Positions 8,843 through 17,694 of a stretch of 48,209 bases of DNA are shown here, in pieces (the stretch's first letter is position 1; each line of letters begins with the position of its first letter). The stretch lies in the IMG/VR virus record IMGVR_UViG_3300047672_000021, positions 1 through 48,209 of that record. One strand, 5' to 3'. This stretch comes from a virus. Its lineage: Duplodnaviria; Caudoviricetes. The notes under the pieces are model-generated. The model was not told where the DNA came from and did not search any database. It saw nothing but the letters and a program-made list of their open reading frames with translations. A program made the translations under genes and the position numbers.

Positions 8843-9666
8843 AACCCGCGCGGCGCAAAGCAGCAAGCCCGGATCAGCTTGCATTGTCGTGGGACGACGC
8901 AGCGCCGGCCGATCGCGTGGAGTCGTCCGTGCTGCCGGTGATTGTTGCTCGGCCATCGGTCGTAGGTACGCATGCGAGCGTGGTCTATTTCATAGAGGAT
9001 TCAGACGCGGGGCTCGTAAAGATTGGGTATACGACTAATCTTACGGATCGCATCAAAGAATTCCGGCGTGGAAATCGTCACGTTTTGCGTGTTTTGAAGG
9101 TTCTGCCAGGTGGATTTCCGGCCGAACAGCAATTGCACCGGCATTTCGCCCGTTACGGCGTGGGCGGTGAATGGTTTCAGCTTGAACCGATTCGAGCGGA
9201 GATCAGACAAATGAAGATCATCACCGTTGACGCTAGGAATCTCGACTGCGTGGACTGCGGAAAGCCACGTCACTCGCTCGCTAAACGCTGCATTTCTTGT
9301 GCGCGAATCAGGCGGAAAGCGGTTGCCGCTAATACGTATTGGCATTGCATGGTCTGCCAAGGGCCGACTAGTCGTGCACACGCGGGACGCGGCAAATGTG
9401 TGTTGTGTTATCGAAAGGCACAGGCGTCTGCGCGGGTCAGAAGTCAGGCTCGCTGCTGCGATTGCAGTGAGCCGCTAATGTCGCGTAGGTCCAAGCGTTG
9501 TGTGCCATGCGAAAACAAACGTAAAGGGGTAATTCGGAAGCGTTGTCTGCTTTGCGACAAGTCGATACCCCGGCAGTACAAACACTGTCCGCAGTGTGCC
9601 GAGAAAAGACGCAGGGAAGGCATATTTAGAGGGGGTCAGCGGAACGAGCCGCAGGTGCAGCGATGA
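8839..9666 (+). CDS. GIY-YIG-like (T5orf172/MUG113-type) nuclease with tandem CxxC zinc fingers
   Basis: VVYFI...VKIGYTTN...R...EQQLHRHF...GEWF followed by eight CxxC pairs; visibly lower GC. Confidence 0.8.
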   Translation: MKPARRKAASPDQLALSWDDAAPADRVESSVLPVIVARPSVVGTHASVVYFIEDSDAGLVKIGYTTNLTDRIKEFRRGNRHVLRVLKVLPGGFPAEQQLHRHFARYGVGGEWFQLEPIRAEIRQMKIITVDARNLDCVDCGKPRHSLAKRCISCARIRRKAVAANTYWHCMVCQGPTSRAHAGRGKCVLCYRKAQASARVRSQARCCDCSEPLMSRRSKRCVPCENKRKGVIRKRCLLCDKSIPRQYKHCPQCAEKRRREGIFRGGQRNEPQVQR

Positions 9667-11078
9667 CCGCCGCCGTCCGCATCGCACCGCAGCCAGGCTC
9701 ACAAGAGCAATTTCTTTCGTCCCAAGCTGACATCGTGTTCTACGGCGGCGAAGCTGGCAGCTCGAAAACGGCCGGGCTCGTGCTCGAGGGCCTGCGGTGC
9801 CACGACATCCCACGCAGCGGCGGGATCCTATTCAGGCGCACCAGTCCGCAGCTCGAGGGCCCTGGCTCGCTGTGGGAGCTCATGCGGGAGTGGTATCCGG
9901 CACTGGGCGCACGGCTCACGGAAAGCCCGGTGCTCAAGGCGACATTCAAATCAGGCGCCACCGTCCAGCTGTCACACCTGCAATACGAAAACACGAAATT
10001 AGCGCATCAGGGCAAGGGTTACAGCTTCGTTGGCTTCGATGAGCTCACGCACTTTAGCGAGGGCCAATTTTGGTACTTGGTGTCGCGCTGCCGCTCGACA
10101 TCAGGCGTCAAGTCGTATGTGCGGGCGACGATGAACCCCGATCCCGATTCATGGGTCAAGCCCATGATCCGCTGGTGGCTCGACAAGGCGGGCGAGTACG
10201 CGCGGCCGGAGCGTAGCGGCGTGGTGCGCTACTTCTACCGCATCGGCGATGCCATGCACTGGGCGTCGTCGGAAGATGCGCTGCGGGCGAAGTATCCGGA
10301 GCAAACCGAACGCCCGATGTCGTTTACCTTCATTTTGGGCCGTTTGGCAGACAACAAGATCTTGCTCAAGCTCGATCCGGGCTACCGCGCGCGCCTGCTG
10401 TCGCTGCCGCGTGTCGATCGCGAGCGGCTTCTAGGCAGCGGCCAGGGCGGCAATTGGAACATACGGCCCGCCGCCGGCCTGTACTTTCAGCGGTCGTGGT
10501 TCCGCGTGATCGATGCGGCGCCGCATGAGCGCGAGCTGATGCAGGTCGTGCGGGGTTGGGACAAGGCGGCGACCAAGCCAGGGCCAGGCAACCCGGATCC
10601 GTGCTGGACGCGCGGTGTCAAAATGGGCGTGACACGTGCGGGCCGGTACGTGGTGCTACATGTCGAATCGCTCCGCGGGTCGCCGCAAACCGTGCTCGAA
10701 GCGATCCGCCGGATGGCCACGCAAGACGGCCGCGACGTGAAGATCTGCATGTGGCAAGACCCAGCGCAAGCCGGCGTTGTCGACATGACACTGACCAAGC
10801 AATGGCTTAGTGGGTACTGGGTTGACTCCGAAATCGCGAACCAAAACAAACTGGCCTATGCGGGCCCGTTTTCGACGCAGGTCGAAGCGGGTGCCGTGGA
10901 TATCGTGCGTGGGCCGTGGAACGAAGAATTTCTAGGTGAGCTTGAGGCATTCCCGGAAGGCAAGCATTCTGACATCGTGGACGCATCGTCACGGGCGTTT
11001 CGCGCGCTGTCGCAAGCCAACGTGCGGATCTATGAAGCCGCTATGCGCAACATCAAAGATGAGTTGATGGCCACATGA
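9663..11078 (+). CDS. terL: Terminase large subunit
   Basis: PQPGSQEQFL, YGGEAGSSKT (deviant Walker A), GFDELTHF (Walker B), ATMNP, RGWDKAAT, FPEGKHSDIVDA. Confidence 0.92.
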   Translation: MTAAVRIAPQPGSQEQFLSSQADIVFYGGEAGSSKTAGLVLEGLRCHDIPRSGGILFRRTSPQLEGPGSLWELMREWYPALGARLTESPVLKATFKSGATVQLSHLQYENTKLAHQGKGYSFVGFDELTHFSEGQFWYLVSRCRSTSGVKSYVRATMNPDPDSWVKPMIRWWLDKAGEYARPERSGVVRYFYRIGDAMHWASSEDALRAKYPEQTERPMSFTFILGRLADNKILLKLDPGYRARLLSLPRVDRERLLGSGQGGNWNIRPAAGLYFQRSWFRVIDAAPHERELMQVVRGWDKAATKPGPGNPDPCWTRGVKMGVTRAGRYVVLHVESLRGSPQTVLEAIRRMATQDGRDVKICMWQDPAQAGVVDMTLTKQWLSGYWVDSEIANQNKLAYAGPFSTQVEAGAVDIVRGPWNEEFLGELEAFPEGKHSDIVDASSRAFRALSQANVRIYEAAMRNIKDELMAT

Positions 11079-13570
11079 CTGAAAATCTGTCAGCCGAAAT
11101 CGCCGCCGTCGTCACCCGCACCGATTCGTGGGTCAACCTGCTGACAGGGCTCGGCACGTCGCGAGACAAGGTCACACACACCCGCATGACAGCGGGTGAG
11201 CGGCTCGGTGATGGCGCACTCGAGTCGCTTTTCAACGACGACGACACGGCCCGCAAGATCGTTAGCAAGTTGCCGCAAGAGGCTTTGCGGCGTGGGTACC
11301 GCATAGAGCTCGAAGCGGACGCAGAAGTAGGCGAGGGCGCAGACTATGAAGCCGCGGAGCCCGACGATTCATCGGGCGCGGATATCGAGCGGGAGCTGCA
11401 CGACAAGCTAAAAGCCCTGCAAGCGGACACGCGCCTGCGGAACGGCTGGATCTGGGCTCGCCTATACGGCGGGCTTTCGGGCCTGTACGTGGGCGCCCAA
11501 GACGGCCGCAGCCCCGATCAGCCGCTGGACGAAACCAACATCCGCACGGTGTCATTTTTGAACGTGCTCAAGCGGCCGCAGGTGCACGTCAAGACGCGAG
11601 GGCTTGACGTGACACAACCTGGCTATGATGAGCCGGAGACTTACACGGTGTATCGGTCCGGGTTGAGCGGTGCGCAGCAGCCGACCGCCGATCAGCTGGG
11701 CACCAGCTTGACCGTGCACGCAAGCCGCTTGATTTTGTTCGACGGGGCTTTGACGGCCCGCAACACGCAGCCTGCGATCACGGAATGGGACGATAGCGTT
11801 TTACAAGCCGCATACGGCGCGCTGCAGCAGTCCGCCACGGGTTGGCAGTCGGTGGCGCATCTCATGACAGACGCATCGCAGGGCGTCTTTCACATCGCGA
11901 ATTTGCTCGATTTGCTCGCCGCTGGCCGCATGGATGAGCTCCGCACGCGGCTTACAGCGATGGATATGGCGCGGTCGGTGGCTCGAGCGATTCCGATCGA
12001 TGCGGAGAAAGAGAAATTCGAACGCGTATCCACGTCGTTTGCGGGCCTGCCGGAAGTGATCGACAAGATCATGATGCGCATCGCGAGCGCCGCGGAGATG
12101 CCGCTTACGCTCTTGTACGGGCGCTCACCCGCCGGCATGAACGCGACAGGCGAAAGCGATATACGCGGTTGGTACGACACCGTGTCAGCGGCGCAAGAGG
12201 ACATTCTAAAGCCGCGGCTGCATAGGCTGATCACGCTGCTTTGCCTGGCGAAAGACGGCCCTACGCGCGGCGTCGTGCCGGAGCGGTGGGACATCACTTT
12301 CAATCCGTTGTGGCAAGAGACAGACAAAGAATGCGCCGATACCAAGAAAGTCAAAGCAGACACCTATGTTGCTTTGGTGGGCGCGCAGATCATTACCGAG
12401 ACAGAAGCGGCGATCGGCCTGGCGCCTGATTTCCCCGTGATCGACGTCGCAGAGCGGGAAGCACTACGCGACAAGCAGCTGGACGTATACGCGGAGTCGT
12501 TGATCAATCCGCCGGATCCGATGGCGATGGGTGCCGGCGGTGCCGCTGATGGCGGCGGCGACAAAGCCAAGCCACCGCCGCAGACACGTGGCGATGCGTG
12601 GTCCGAAACCGAGCCACGCGATCCGCATGGTCGCTGGACATCCACCGGGCGAGCGGTGGGGGATTTGTCGAGGCGTGTGCGCGCACAGCAAGCGGCGGCT
12701 GTGCGCGCTAAAGCCTTGAAGCCGCACCGGGCTGCGTACGCCACGGCGAAAGCTGCGGCCGCAGCCACACCCACACCCGACACCGCGGCGGCGCTCGAGC
12801 GTACCGCCGGCAAGCTCCGCGCGACACGCCGCAAGCTGGGCGCGAACTACGCACCGCCGCAGGGCGTCACTGCGACCGATCGCCGGGGCACGCGCGCGTT
12901 TCGTACCACCGCGGAGCGAGCGGCGCTGCTCGAGCCCCACCAGCGGGCTTTACGCATGGCCGCGCATGCACATCGCGACGCGCCCACGCCTGCCACTGCG
13001 GCGGCGCTCCGCGCGGCGAGTGACACGTTGCGGGATGAGCGCCGCCGTGCAGGTCACGTGGCCAATCCTCGACAAGGCGTGTCACTGCTGAAAGACCTAC
13101 ACACCGAGCTCAAGTCACACCGTGGCACGCATCAAGACGCCGCCGCGCGCGGCGAGCCCTCACCCGTGGTGCGGGACATATGGCGGCTCGAGTCGCAGAT
13201 CATGCAAACCCACCGGCAGCACGGCACGCGCGCGGATTTCATCGCCGCCGGTGGCGCGCTGCACGTTGCGGCGACATCCGAAAGCGTGATCCGCACGCAC
13301 ATGGTGCGGGAGCTGCAATCGCAGAGTGAGGGCGGTGCGCTGCCGACTAACAAGCGCGAAGCACGCGCGCTATTCCGCCGGGCGGCTGATGCCGTGGACG
13401 ATGATCTTTTGGGCGGTGCTGATTCCAACACGGATGCGCTCATGACAGGGCACCCGCGCTTGCCACCGAAAGAGCGCCGGGCGATCGTGCGCGGCTTCGA
13501 CCGAGACGCACGCGCGCGGCTGCGTGACGTGCATGCGGGCCTGCTAGAAGCGCATTTACAGCAGCTATGA
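11075..13570 (+). CDS. Portal protein (DUF1073-type) with about 330-aa C-terminal extension
   Basis: DSWVNLLTGLG, ARLYGG, VHASRL, PLTLLYGRSPAGMNATGESD..WYD, ITFNPLWQ; follows TerL. Confidence 0.88.
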   Translation: MTENLSAEIAAVVTRTDSWVNLLTGLGTSRDKVTHTRMTAGERLGDGALESLFNDDDTARKIVSKLPQEALRRGYRIELEADAEVGEGADYEAAEPDDSSGADIERELHDKLKALQADTRLRNGWIWARLYGGLSGLYVGAQDGRSPDQPLDETNIRTVSFLNVLKRPQVHVKTRGLDVTQPGYDEPETYTVYRSGLSGAQQPTADQLGTSLTVHASRLILFDGALTARNTQPAITEWDDSVLQAAYGALQQSATGWQSVAHLMTDASQGVFHIANLLDLLAAGRMDELRTRLTAMDMARSVARAIPIDAEKEKFERVSTSFAGLPEVIDKIMMRIASAAEMPLTLLYGRSPAGMNATGESDIRGWYDTVSAAQEDILKPRLHRLITLLCLAKDGPTRGVVPERWDITFNPLWQETDKECADTKKVKADTYVALVGAQIITETEAAIGLAPDFPVIDVAEREALRDKQLDVYAESLINPPDPMAMGAGGAADGGGDKAKPPPQTRGDAWSETEPRDPHGRWTSTGRAVGDLSRRVRAQQAAAVRAKALKPHRAAYATAKAAAAATPTPDTAAALERTAGKLRATRRKLGANYAPPQGVTATDRRGTRAFRTTAERAALLEPHQRALRMAAHAHRDAPTPATAAALRAASDTLRDERRRAGHVANPRQGVSLLKDLHTELKSHRGTHQDAAARGEPSPVVRDIWRLESQIMQTHRQHGTRADFIAAGGALHVAATSESVIRTHMVRELQSQSEGGALPTNKREARALFRRAADAVDDDLLGGADSNTDALMTGHPRLPPKERRAIVRGFDRDARARLRDVHAGLLEAHLQQL

Positions 13571-13626
13571 TCGCCGTTCGCGGATAGCAAAAACGCACGC
13601 GCCGTGGCAACGTAGTGCGTGCGCTC

Positions 13627-13821
13627 ATGACACGGACAGAAGCCTTTCAGCGTGTGTCGCACTACCTGCAAACCCGTGAGGGCGAATCGCTGATCACGGC
13701 TGCGGCGCGTTGCATGCTCGAGCGCTCGCACACGGATGCGGTGGCCCTGGCTGTGATGCAGGGCGACTTGATGCACGCTGCCAGGTGCTTGCCGCCGGCA
13801 CGGCTGCGGCTGGTTCAATGA
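13627..13821 (+). CDS. Small hypothetical protein
   Basis: Coupled (ATGA) to the 13818 ORF. Confidence 0.5.
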   Translation: MTRTEAFQRVSHYLQTREGESLITAAARCMLERSHTDAVALAVMQGDLMHAARCLPPARLRLVQ

Positions 13822-14753
13822 TCTTCACCACTGCCCAGCTCCGCACCCTGGCGATGGAACTACGGGCCACGACGTGGGCCATGGTACCGAGCCCGACAGG
13901 TCTAGGGATCACACTAGGGCCTGGCCATGATCCGCAGTACGGCAACCTGTATGCATGGATGCGTGGTTGGGCGGCGGAATGGGGACGCGGCGGCCTGCCG
14001 TCGCTGCGCATGGGCCACAGGCAAGCCGCAGCGCTGATGGCCACGTCGACGCCTAACAGCGACATCCGGCCGCCGTGGCGCGTGTTCGAAGTGCAGGTGC
14101 CGCAGCCGCTGATCACGTTGATTGATCGCGACAGCGGCGAATCGCCTGTTAGTCACATGCTGGTTGCATGCTTTGGCGATCGGTGGTCGTACGTCGCGAT
14201 CGCCGATCGATGCGAGTACACGCGATCACACATGACACTTGCGGAGCTCGCAGGCGACGATCTGTCACTGTCGCACCTATGGCTTGACAACCTGCTACCG
14301 CTGCAAGACCACGATGAACGCGCCGTGCGATTGCTCGATCGCTTGCTTCTAAACGCCTGCGTGCTGCTGTCCGACGCAGAGCACATGCCGGTGCGGGAGC
14401 TCGGCAAGCGCCCACCGGGCACCGGCCGCAAGCCGGCCGCCGCCGCTGCGAGCGGCATCGATGGCCCGCGCATCCTGGCCAGCGGCGCATATGAGTTTAC
14501 GCACGATGTGGCTGTCGATTGCCGCGAGCCCGTACGGGAATACCTCACGGGCTCGCGCGGAACAGCACCGAGCGTGCGGGTGCTGGTGCGTGGCCACTGG
14601 CGTGCGCAGCCGTACGGCGCCGGGCGAGCGCTCACACGCCGGCAGTGGATCGAGCCGTTTTGGCGTGGGCCCCTGTATGCGCCGATGGCGGTGCGGGATC
14701 ACCGCCTGCCGGATGTCGAGTCGCCGCCGGAGCCGCCGCAGTCGAACTATTGA
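13818..14753 (+). CDS. Hypothetical protein with C-terminal VRGHWRxQPYG...WIEPFWRG motif
   Basis: Motif I recognise from uncharacterised mobile-element proteins; function unknown. Confidence 0.7.
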   Translation: MIFTTAQLRTLAMELRATTWAMVPSPTGLGITLGPGHDPQYGNLYAWMRGWAAEWGRGGLPSLRMGHRQAAALMATSTPNSDIRPPWRVFEVQVPQPLITLIDRDSGESPVSHMLVACFGDRWSYVAIADRCEYTRSHMTLAELAGDDLSLSHLWLDNLLPLQDHDERAVRLLDRLLLNACVLLSDAEHMPVRELGKRPPGTGRKPAAAAASGIDGPRILASGAYEFTHDVAVDCREPVREYLTGSRGTAPSVRVLVRGHWRAQPYGAGRALTRRQWIEPFWRGPLYAPMAVRDHRLPDVESPPEPPQSNY

Positions 14754-14819
14754 TTGCGGCGGCCGCAGTAGACATAAAGACTCTTACCGGGCTGTCGGGC
14801 CGTGTGCGACTTGTGGGCG

Positions 14820-15095
14820 TTACGAGATCTGATCGAGATCGAACACGTGCCACACGTAGCCAGGCGTGTGGACGGTGCAGATAAACCGGAATGGAGTTGC
14901 GATTTCCGATCCTCGATCCGTTGCGATGTAGAGCTGATATGGGCGGGTTTCTGCGGCGTATGGCCCCGCGGGCGTCGCAAAATATCCTACCAACCGATCG
15001 AATGGAATGCCGGCACTGAGTAGGCGCGAGCCGTAAGGCACATCGATCGCGGCTGGCCCGTGTGTGGTTGGGAGATTGTATCTCGCGATAATCAT
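14820..15095 (-). CDS. Small beta-rich phage hypothetical protein
   Basis: MIIARYNLP...VPYGSRLL...FICTVHTPGYVWHVF; ATGA-coupled to 15092-15385. Confidence 0.7.
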   Translation of the reverse strand: MIIARYNLPTTHGPAAIDVPYGSRLLSAGIPFDRLVGYFATPAGPYAAETRPYQLYIATDRGSEIATPFRFICTVHTPGYVWHVFDLDQIS

Positions 15096-15385
15096 GGCGC
15101 GCCACCTTGGCGCTCTTGCCAGGCGCGTTGATCGGCTTCCACTTGTTCGCGGAGTGTGCGCTCGAGCCCCGCGCGCGCGGCTCGCTGGATGCGGCGGTGC
15201 TTGGAGCACAGCTCCCAAGTGACCGTGGGGTCAAGCAAATGCTGTACGCTGAACTGCAAAGCGCCCGTGGCGCCTGGATAGTTTTTGCCGTTTAGGTCGG
15301 GATATTGCTCCGCAAGAGCACGCTCCGCGAACGCTAGCGACGACTCGGCATGGCAGTGCAGGCAACGTTTTGATATGGCGCTCAC
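15092..15385 (-). CDS. Hypothetical protein (CxxC...C-x-x-H)
   Basis: Directly downstream of a near-consensus promoter; coupled to the next gene. Confidence 0.65.
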   Translation of the reverse strand: MSAISKRCLHCHAESSLAFAERALAEQYPDLNGKNYPGATGALQFSVQHLLDPTVTWELCSKHRRIQRAARAGLERTLREQVEADQRAWQERQGGAP

Positions 15386-15393
15386 GAATGCAC

Positions 15394-15422
15394 AGTATAG
15401 CTAGCGCTGGCCATGTTGTGAA
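15394..15422 (-). promoter_or_regulatory. Sigma70-type promoter of a counter-oriented two-gene unit
   Basis: TTCACA-N17-TATACT on the minus strand; GTG start 8 nt after the -10. Confidence 0.75.
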
Positions 15423-15456
15423 GTACAGGGCCCGCCCACCGGGCGCGGTGCAGCTC

Positions 15457-15518
15457 GAGCTCCGGTGCTCATGAGCTCATGAGCTCCCGTGCACCGGTGC
15501 TCATGAGCTCATGAGCAC
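15457..15518. repeat. GWGCWC-NN octamer array 1 (8 units)
   Basis: gagctc cg gtgctc at gagctc at gagctc cc gtgcac cg gtgctc at gagctc at gagcac. Confidence 0.95.
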
Positions 15519-15520
15519 CG

Positions 15521-15550
15521 TTGACGGCTGTGGGTGTCGCAGCCGATAAC
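15521..15550 (+). promoter_or_regulatory. Putative promoter next to array 1
   Basis: TTGACG-N18-GATAAC, ATG at 15557; near-identical design at 19232. Confidence 0.55.
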
Positions 15551-15556
15551 GCTTGC

Positions 15557-17302
15557 ATGTCTGCAGCCGCCCGCATTGCCGTCGCTCACACGGTCGCCAG
15601 GTCGCACCACACCGCCGGGCATGCCGCTATGCTCAAGCACCGCATGCGCGTGCTCGAGCGCCACGACGCACAAGCACGTGTGCCCAAGGGCCAGGCCGGC
15701 GGCGGACAGTTCACTAGCGGCGGCTCCGGTGGCGGCGGCGTACGTCGCACGCCGGAGGAACGCCAGGCCAAAGCCATTGCGTACTTGCAGCAGTCGGCCG
15801 CCAAGCGCGTGGCTCGCTCCGCAGCCGCAAAAGAGCGGGCTTCGCAGCAGCTGCTATTCAAGCGCGCTCCGAAGAAAACGGCACCGGAGGGCGGTTATAC
15901 GCTCAATAAAGCCTTCCAAGGCGCGAGCGGTGCGAAAGCCGTAGCAGGCATCAAAAACAAGGCCATGGTGCACGAAAAGGGCGAGATCGCTTTGGCGGAG
16001 CACAAGGCACGCAAGGCCCGCACTGGTCGCACAGTGCCGCCATCGGCTGCGGCGCCATCGGCTGGCGCACCGCAGACACCGGCACGTCTGACGCCGGACA
16101 TCACGATTAGAGGGCGTATGCCAACTAAGGGCGAGTACGCACAGCATTTAGAAATTTTGAAGGATGCGGCAGCCGGTAAAGCGTCAAAGCACCTTGCGGG
16201 CGAGATGAGCGATGAGCAGCACGCGGCTTGGGGGGCACTGCATCAGCATGGGCTGATGCATCAGCCCGCGGCCGGCGGAGCCCACCAGATTACGCCCAAG
16301 GGGCGGGAATACTTGTCGCAGCGGTCGGCGGCCGCCGCACCGGCCGCACCGGCATCGCCGATCATGAGCCAAAGCAAGGGCGAACACGCCGCAGCTGTCG
16401 AGCGGATCAAAAACTCGCCTAGAATCCACGGAGACAAGACGGAGCGACAGCTCGAGCAAGAGCTGCAACGCACGACCGCAAGCGAGGGTCACGCGGCGCA
16501 AGCTGTCGAGCGCATGCGCACTCGGGTGCAGGTGGCCGAAAAGGCCGGGCACATCGATGATGAGATGGATCGGCGCAAGCGGCTTGCCGATGAAACCGAG
16601 TCACACGCCACCGCTACGACACGCCGCAAAGAAGTGGAAAGCGAAATAGCGCACCGAGCGACGCAGGCGACAGCGCCGGCCAAGACTGCACCGGCAAGGC
16701 CATTAAGCGGAGTCAGTAACCACGATCTGGAATCCGCGCAAAATCAGCATATCAGCACCTTGACGCAAATGAGTCACGACGTAAGCGTGCGTGCGCGCCG
16801 CGCCGGTCAGAGCGCCGCGGATTTCGAGCATGACATCGCGGATCCGAGTCACCCGCAGCACGCAGTGCATCAACGATATCAAGCGGCGAAAGAAAACGTG
16901 CGATCGCATGTGGCGGAAACCGAGGACCGCAGGGAAACGCGCGAGCGGGAAACGGAAGCCACGGCGGCACGCGAAAGGGGCGAGCGGGCTGCAGGTCTGA
17001 CAGAGCGTAAATACGCGCGCCCAATAGAGCGAGCATTGACCAAGGGTGAGCGCGATACAAACAAGCAGATCGATCAGCACGATCGGGAAGTCGAGCGCCT
17101 AGCATCGTCGATGGATAAGCTGAAAGATCCCGCGCGGCGTCGTGATGTAAACGCCCAGATCGATCGGGTGCATCGCGAGCGCGAAAGGCTCGAGCTGTCA
17201 TTGGCACCCGGCGTGCGGAATGCACATGAAACGAATCAGGCCGTTGCACAGCGTGCGAAGTTGGCGAAGGCAGCCGAAAAACGCCGGGCCCGTGACGCGT
17301 GA
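15557..17302 (+). CDS. Large Ala/Arg/Glu-rich helical protein; putative internal head protein
   Basis: 581-aa ORF in the head module; N-terminal RHDA then QARVPKGQAGGGQFTSGG. Confidence 0.7.
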   Translation: MSAAARIAVAHTVARSHHTAGHAAMLKHRMRVLERHDAQARVPKGQAGGGQFTSGGSGGGGVRRTPEERQAKAIAYLQQSAAKRVARSAAAKERASQQLLFKRAPKKTAPEGGYTLNKAFQGASGAKAVAGIKNKAMVHEKGEIALAEHKARKARTGRTVPPSAAAPSAGAPQTPARLTPDITIRGRMPTKGEYAQHLEILKDAAAGKASKHLAGEMSDEQHAAWGALHQHGLMHQPAAGGAHQITPKGREYLSQRSAAAAPAAPASPIMSQSKGEHAAAVERIKNSPRIHGDKTERQLEQELQRTTASEGHAAQAVERMRTRVQVAEKAGHIDDEMDRRKRLADETESHATATTRRKEVESEIAHRATQATAPAKTAPARPLSGVSNHDLESAQNQHISTLTQMSHDVSVRARRAGQSAADFEHDIADPSHPQHAVHQRYQAAKENVRSHVAETEDRRETRERETEATAARERGERAAGLTERKYARPIERALTKGERDTNKQIDQHDREVERLASSMDKLKDPARRRDVNAQIDRVHRERERLELSLAPGVRNAHETNQAVAQRAKLAKAAEKRRARDA

Positions 17303-17694
17303 TAGCCGGGACGATCGCGATCATCGGTTCGCCCCGTGCAGGCAAAACCACGCTAGCGCAGCGCATGGCGGCGGATGATCCGTCGCTGGCCGTGGTGCAC
17401 GCCGATGATCTGATCGGGCTTGGGTGGTCGGGTGCATCGGATGTGCTGGCGTCGATCATGCTCACGCCGCAGGGCCCTACGGTATACGAAGGTGTCGCGG
17501 TGGTGCGTGCCTTGCGAAAGGCCCTGCAAGCCCAGCCACACACGGCACCGGTGGCGCGCTGCGTCGTGCTCGAGCGGCCATGGTTGCGGCTCACGCCAGG
17601 CCAAGCCCGCATGCGCACTGCGTGTGCGACGATCCTGCGTGAAATCGAACCCGCCTTGCGCGCGCGTGGCGTCGCTATGGAGCGTCCGCAGTGA
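17299..17694 (+). CDS. Small P-loop NTPase (NMP-kinase-like)
   Basis: IIGSPRAGKTTLA, VHADD, VYEGV; GTGA-coupled at both ends. Confidence 0.75.
   Translation: MIAGTIAIIGSPRAGKTTLAQRMAADDPSLAVVHADDLIGLGWSGASDVLASIMLTPQGPTVYEGVAVVRALRKALQAQPHTAPVARCVVLERPWLRLTPGQARMRTACATILREIEPALRARGVAMERPQ

Noticed and set aside
14802-15023. Plus-strand 73-aa ORF
   Set aside because: It overlaps the better-supported minus-strand gene 14820-15095, which has an upstream promoter and translational coupling.
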